A DNA stretch of 64,000 nt from Chloroflexota bacterium (GTDB taxonomy: Bacteria; Chloroflexota; Dehalococcoidia; DSTF01; RBG-16-68-14). The stretch's first letter is position 1. Every line of letters begins with the position of its first letter. Below the pieces are notes generated by a model. The model did no database searches. It was given only the letters and a program-made list of their open reading frames with translations, and was not told the DNA's origin. The position numbers and the translations under genes are program-made. The stretch is from assembly GCA_003228685.1 (NCBI GenBank), contig QIFC01000118.1, positions 16,578 to 80,577 on the forward strand. Reading direction: 5' to 3'. Below, piece after piece: positions 60,673 through 64,000 of this stretch.

Positions 60673-62327
60673 TGGCGCAGGTGGAATCGGCCGAGCACGC
60701 CTCGCGGCCCGTCCGCGGCGCGGAGTTGCTCGTTCTGCTGTGGCGGCTGTTCGCGTCCGCGCAGTTCGCGATCACTGTGATCCTGTTCCTGGCTGTTGCT
60801 GGAACCCTGGCAGTCGTGTTGCCCCAGATCCCGCTCGCCATTCAGGGGAACCCGGCCGCCGTGGACGCGTGGCTCGAATCGGAGCGCGGGAATTTCGGCT
60901 TCATGACGGAGCCGATGCATCGCGTCGGGCTGTTCACCGTCGTGCGGTCATGGTGGTTCATTACTGTGCTGGGCTTGACGGCCGTGGCGATTGGCGTCTA
61001 TGTGATCGATCGCTTCCTTGATATTTGGCGCAACGTCACCAAGCCGCGCGAACAGCTCCCAGATAGCTTCTTCGAGCGGGCCGCGAACCGTGTCGCGTTT
61101 GTAGCGCCCGATGCCGCCGCCGCACCGATAGAGCGGCGCCTGGAGGCGCTGCTCAGCGCCAGGCGCTACAAGGTCCGGCGCACGGTGGAAGGCGAGACGA
61201 CGTACCTGTTCGCCGATCGGTTCGCCTGGGACATCGCGCTCGTCCTCTTCCTGGTCGGCGGCCTCATATCGCAGTTCGGGGGGTTCACGAATGGGCTGCT
61301 GATCGCCGAGGGCACCACCAAGGCGGTCTTCGCCGTCAGCGACCCGAACCAGATGCAGATCGAGGTGATCGATGCGGTAGGCCTCTTCAGTCAGGGTGGG
61401 CTGCCCACGGACTATCGGACGGAGATGGTGATCTACCAGGGTGGCGAGGAGGTGGCCCGAGGCTTTACGACGGTCAACGATCCCATGTCATACGGTGGCT
61501 ATCGATTTCATCAGTCAGGCTACTTCGGCGAAGGCGCCGCCTTGCGGATCAGTGACGCGGGGACGGGAAACACCACGTACAGCGAGGTGCTGGCGTTGAA
61601 CGAACTTACCCCCGGTCCGCTTATCGTCGTGCGCGACGAGGCAGGCGCTGTGTTGCTCAACGACGTCATCGTCCCGACAGACATCATCGAGGAGGCGAAC
61701 GGCACGCTTATCACGGTGCCGGGTACGGACCGCGATTTCTGGGTTGGCATTCTCCCAAACGCAGTGGACGAGACGTGGAGCCTGGCCGTCTTCGAACGCG
61801 ACGACAACGAGGCGAGTTTCATCGTACCGATGGGGGAGCCGCACCAGGCCGGCGGCCTGGAGTGGACGCTGGAGGCCGTAAACGGCCTGCCGTCTATCGT
61901 GTCGGAGGGCATCGCCGGCGAAGGCCGGGCGCTGACGGTGCTTTCGGAGACGCCGAAGGGCGAGCCCTACTTGACGATCGTAGGCGACTTCGGAGGCCAG
62001 GCGCTCACACTGCTGCCCGGCGAGCCCGCAACCATAGGCGATCGAGAGTACCTCTTTGAGGGCAAGCGCGAGTTCGCCGGCATCGAGGTCAGGAAAGACC
62101 CTGGCGCGAAGTTCATTTGGATCGCGTCGGGCTTGCTGCTCGTTGGCCTCTTGGCGACGTTTTACGTGCCGCGGCTGCGCCTTTGGGCGCGGATCAGGGG
62201 CGGCGAAGTAGTGCTTGCGAGCCTGGCGGAGCGTCGTGGAGTGTTCCAGTCCGAAATCAGACACTTGCTGGAAGCGCTGGATGCTGCGAGGATAGAGCCG
62301 GAGGGAGGTACGAAGAATAGTGATTAA
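60672..62327 (+). CDS. resB: Cytochrome c biogenesis protein ResB/Ccs1
   Basis: 551 aa. N-terminal ...LLWRLFASAQFAITVILFLAVAGTLAVVLPQ..., a large extracytoplasmic domain, and a C-terminal TM with ..VRKDPG.. typical of ResB. Its start overlaps the upstream stop. Confidence 0.85.
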   Translation: MAQVESAEHASRPVRGAELLVLLWRLFASAQFAITVILFLAVAGTLAVVLPQIPLAIQGNPAAVDAWLESERGNFGFMTEPMHRVGLFTVVRSWWFITVLGLTAVAIGVYVIDRFLDIWRNVTKPREQLPDSFFERAANRVAFVAPDAAAAPIERRLEALLSARRYKVRRTVEGETTYLFADRFAWDIALVLFLVGGLISQFGGFTNGLLIAEGTTKAVFAVSDPNQMQIEVIDAVGLFSQGGLPTDYRTEMVIYQGGEEVARGFTTVNDPMSYGGYRFHQSGYFGEGAALRISDAGTGNTTYSEVLALNELTPGPLIVVRDEAGAVLLNDVIVPTDIIEEANGTLITVPGTDRDFWVGILPNAVDETWSLAVFERDDNEASFIVPMGEPHQAGGLEWTLEAVNGLPSIVSEGIAGEGRALTVLSETPKGEPYLTIVGDFGGQALTLLPGEPATIGDREYLFEGKREFAGIEVRKDPGAKFIWIASGLLLVGLLATFYVPRLRLWARIRGGEVVLASLAERRGVFQSEIRHLLEALDAARIEPEGGTKNSD

Positions 62328-63228
62328 CACACTGGCGTTGCTTGCTATCGAGATCGATATCGACCCGGAGATCTGGGAGTTCGGCGATCTGCTACTGACC
62401 TGGCACGGCGTGTTCACCGCGTTGGGCATCGCCGGGGGCGTGTACGTGGCCGTGCTATTAGCGAGGCGGCTTGGCTTTATCGACGACGACGTCTACAGCG
62501 TTGCGCTGATCGCAATCCCGGCGGGCATCATCGGCGCGCGCGCCCTGTGGGCGGTCGAGCGCTGGGGCGATCCCGGTATCGATAGCGCGATCGACATCCT
62601 TCGCGTGAACGAGGGTGGCATCTCGATCTTTGGCGCCATCATCGGCGGGATCGTAGGCGGCCTCATCTACGGCTGGGTCCGCAAGTTCCCGATCCGCCGG
62701 GCACTGGATATCGCCGGCGCCGGGGCACTCGTCGGCATGGCGATCGGCCGCATCGGCGACCTGATCAACGGAGAGCACTTCGCTGAGGTGTCCAGCCTGC
62801 CGTGGGCCGTGAAGTACGTCAACGACAACAATCCGAGCTTCGCGAGCCACCCCCAGTGCTCTGTAGACCCGCTCCTGTTCAGCTTCGGCGATACCAGTGC
62901 GATCTGCGCCCAACACCCTGCCGTGGGCTACGAGCTGCTGGGCGACCTAGTGATCGTTGGTCTGATGCTGGGCGCGATCTTCCTCCTGCGTAAGGACGGA
63001 GTTGCGTTCTTCGGTGCCGTACTGCTGTACTCGCTGATGCGGCTCGGGCTCAGCGAGTTGCGAATCGACAGCAGAGAGATCATTTGGGGTCTCACAACGC
63101 CCCAGGTGACGGCGCTCTTCCTCATCCCCGTTGGCGTGCTTGGCCTCGTCTACGCGTTGCGTCAGCCGCGGCGCGAGCTAGAAGAGGAGGCGAGAGCGGC
63201 GCCGCCCACTGCGGAAGCTCCCGCCTGA
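62320..63228 (+). CDS. lgt: Prolipoprotein diacylglyceryl transferase
   Basis: ...LTWHGVFTALGIAGG..., ...GARALWAV..., ...GGISIFGAIIGG... and ...GRIGDLINGEHFA... are Lgt motifs. Confidence 0.85.
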   Translation: MINTLALLAIEIDIDPEIWEFGDLLLTWHGVFTALGIAGGVYVAVLLARRLGFIDDDVYSVALIAIPAGIIGARALWAVERWGDPGIDSAIDILRVNEGGISIFGAIIGGIVGGLIYGWVRKFPIRRALDIAGAGALVGMAIGRIGDLINGEHFAEVSSLPWAVKYVNDNNPSFASHPQCSVDPLLFSFGDTSAICAQHPAVGYELLGDLVIVGLMLGAIFLLRKDGVAFFGAVLLYSLMRLGLSELRIDSREIIWGLTTPQVTALFLIPVGVLGLVYALRQPRRELEEEARAAPPTAEAPA

Positions 63229-63251
63229 GGGAGCTAGCCTGAACGAAATCG

Positions 63252-63283
63252 AACGGCCGGTCGCAAGACCGGCCGTTTCGTTC
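63252..63283. terminator. Bidirectional terminator between convergent genes
   Basis: AACGGCCGGTC-GCAA-GACCGGCCGTT is an 11-bp perfect stem flanked by T-rich runs on both strands. Confidence 0.65.
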
Positions 63284-63301
63284 TGCTTGAGGGGATCGCG
63301 T

Positions 63302-64000
63302 CTACTGGATGATGGTGATGTCGCTGTAGACTCCGCCGATCATTGACTGCCAGGCCCAACCCTCGGCCGGGCTATAGAACCAGATATCGACCCAGGTCGC
63401 GGATATAGCGCCACGGTCCAGGCACGTGTAGACGGTGCGTGCGGGGTCGGCGTTCAGGAAAAAGCGCGTCCCAAAGGCCAGGTTCGTGCTGCAGGCGGCT
63501 GCCCCTGGGAAGACCTGCTGTCCGTTGGCCATGGCGCCGCAGAAGCCGCCTCCAGCGCAGGTGTAGAACGTGGCGCGAGCGCCTGGGATCACCGTGCCGG
63601 CTTCGATAACCGGCGGCTGGAAGGCGGCCAGATAGGTTGGTGTGGCTGCGATGGTAGCTTGCTGCTGGGCCACCGCCGACTGCCAGGCTTCGACGTTCCC
63701 CTTGATGATCGCGGTGCCGTTCAGGTACGGCAGCACCATCTGCAAGCCGACGTCCTGGATGTATTCGCCGACGCTCGCCTCGCGCGCGCGTACGACGAAG
63801 CGCTCGGGCGCGGATGTGATTCCTCCCGAGGCGCCCCCTGCCGTGGCGCCCAGCGCGCGTGACTGCTGTACGAATGGTATGCCGCCCAAGAACGTCGCGG
63901 CGCTCAGGTCCGCGACGCGCGTCCCAGCGGTTCCGGTAACGCCGGCGGAGCTGTGGACGGTGCCGAGCCGCGACGATGAGGCCTCAGGTTGAAACGCCGC
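63302..64000 (-). CDS. RlpA-like/3D-domain (double-psi beta-barrel) secreted protein, 5' end probably outside window
   Basis: The C-terminal ...ATFYTCAGGGFCGAMANGQQV...GTRFFLNADPARTVYTCLDRGAISATWVDIWF... is DPBB-like. The frame stays open to base 64000 upstream of the listed TTG start at 63889. Confidence 0.6.
   Translation of the reverse strand, partial: AAFQPEASSSRLGTVHSSAGVTGTAGTRVADLSAATFLGGIPFVQQSRALGATAGGASGGITSAPERFVVRAREASVGEYIQDVGLQMVLPYLNGTAIIKGNVEAWQSAVAQQQATIAATPTYLAAFQPPVIEAGTVIPGARATFYTCAGGGFCGAMANGQQVFPGAAACSTNLAFGTRFFLNADPARTVYTCLDRGAISATWVDIWFYSPAEGWAWQSMIGGVYSDITIIQ

Noticed and set aside
61515-62429. 304-aa minus-strand ORF
   Set aside because: It is antisense to resB/lgt and has no motifs.

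Overview
High-GC (roughly 60-65% by eye) bacterial chromosomal segment with about 75 protein-coding genes. I found no rRNA, tRNA or CRISPR array. The gene content loosely resembles Chloroflexota-type genomes, but the taxon cannot be assigned from sequence alone. Core content: recF (1.2-2.4 kb), dnaN (19.3-20.4 kb) and dnaA (55.9-57.2 kb), which lie far apart instead of forming the usual dnaA-dnaN-recF block; a long minus-strand haem/sirohaem operon (HTH regulator, small ORF, sirC-like, hemA, hemC, cobA/hemD, PAC2, hemB, yggX, then hemL); dapB; pnp-rpsO; coaBC-coaX; obg-nadD; and resA-like/resB/lgt. Main finding: two adjacent minus-strand SAM-methyltransferase genes (11514..12344 and 12349..13131) each carry one in-frame TGA followed 8-11 nt later by a stable hairpin with G in its loop. 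In the ArsM-like enzyme the TGA falls where that family has its conserved C-terminal Cys (LWxG-C-IAGA). I read both as selenocysteine enzymes. They end a tightly coupled operon (DUF4395, MFS, MBL-fold plus two rhodanese domains, Sec-MT, Sec-MT) that is divergent from an ArsR-rhodanese fusion and a cupredoxin gene. This looks like an undescribed reactive sulfur/selenium (or metalloid) sensing and methylation module. Other accessory features: a lower-GC 1.4-kb island bounded by inverted arrays of CACAGAT decamers, carrying a dCTP-deaminase-fold protein translationally coupled to a RelE/ParE toxin; a Gp37/Gp68 (DUF5131)-TcmP pair; tandem GIY-YIG genes embedded in a 26-36 nt repeat family; a frameshifted CMD-family gene; a 402-bp insertion flanked by a duplicated gene end; three tandem DUF3105 paralogues with a duplicated degV 3' fragment; a PNPase with a roughly 100-aa Arg/Gly-rich tail; a Fic gene behind an 88-bp nested palindrome; and an orphan terminator/antiterminator structure in the dnaA upstream region. 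All calls rest on by-eye translation, motif recognition and manual hairpin inspection. No database searches were run.
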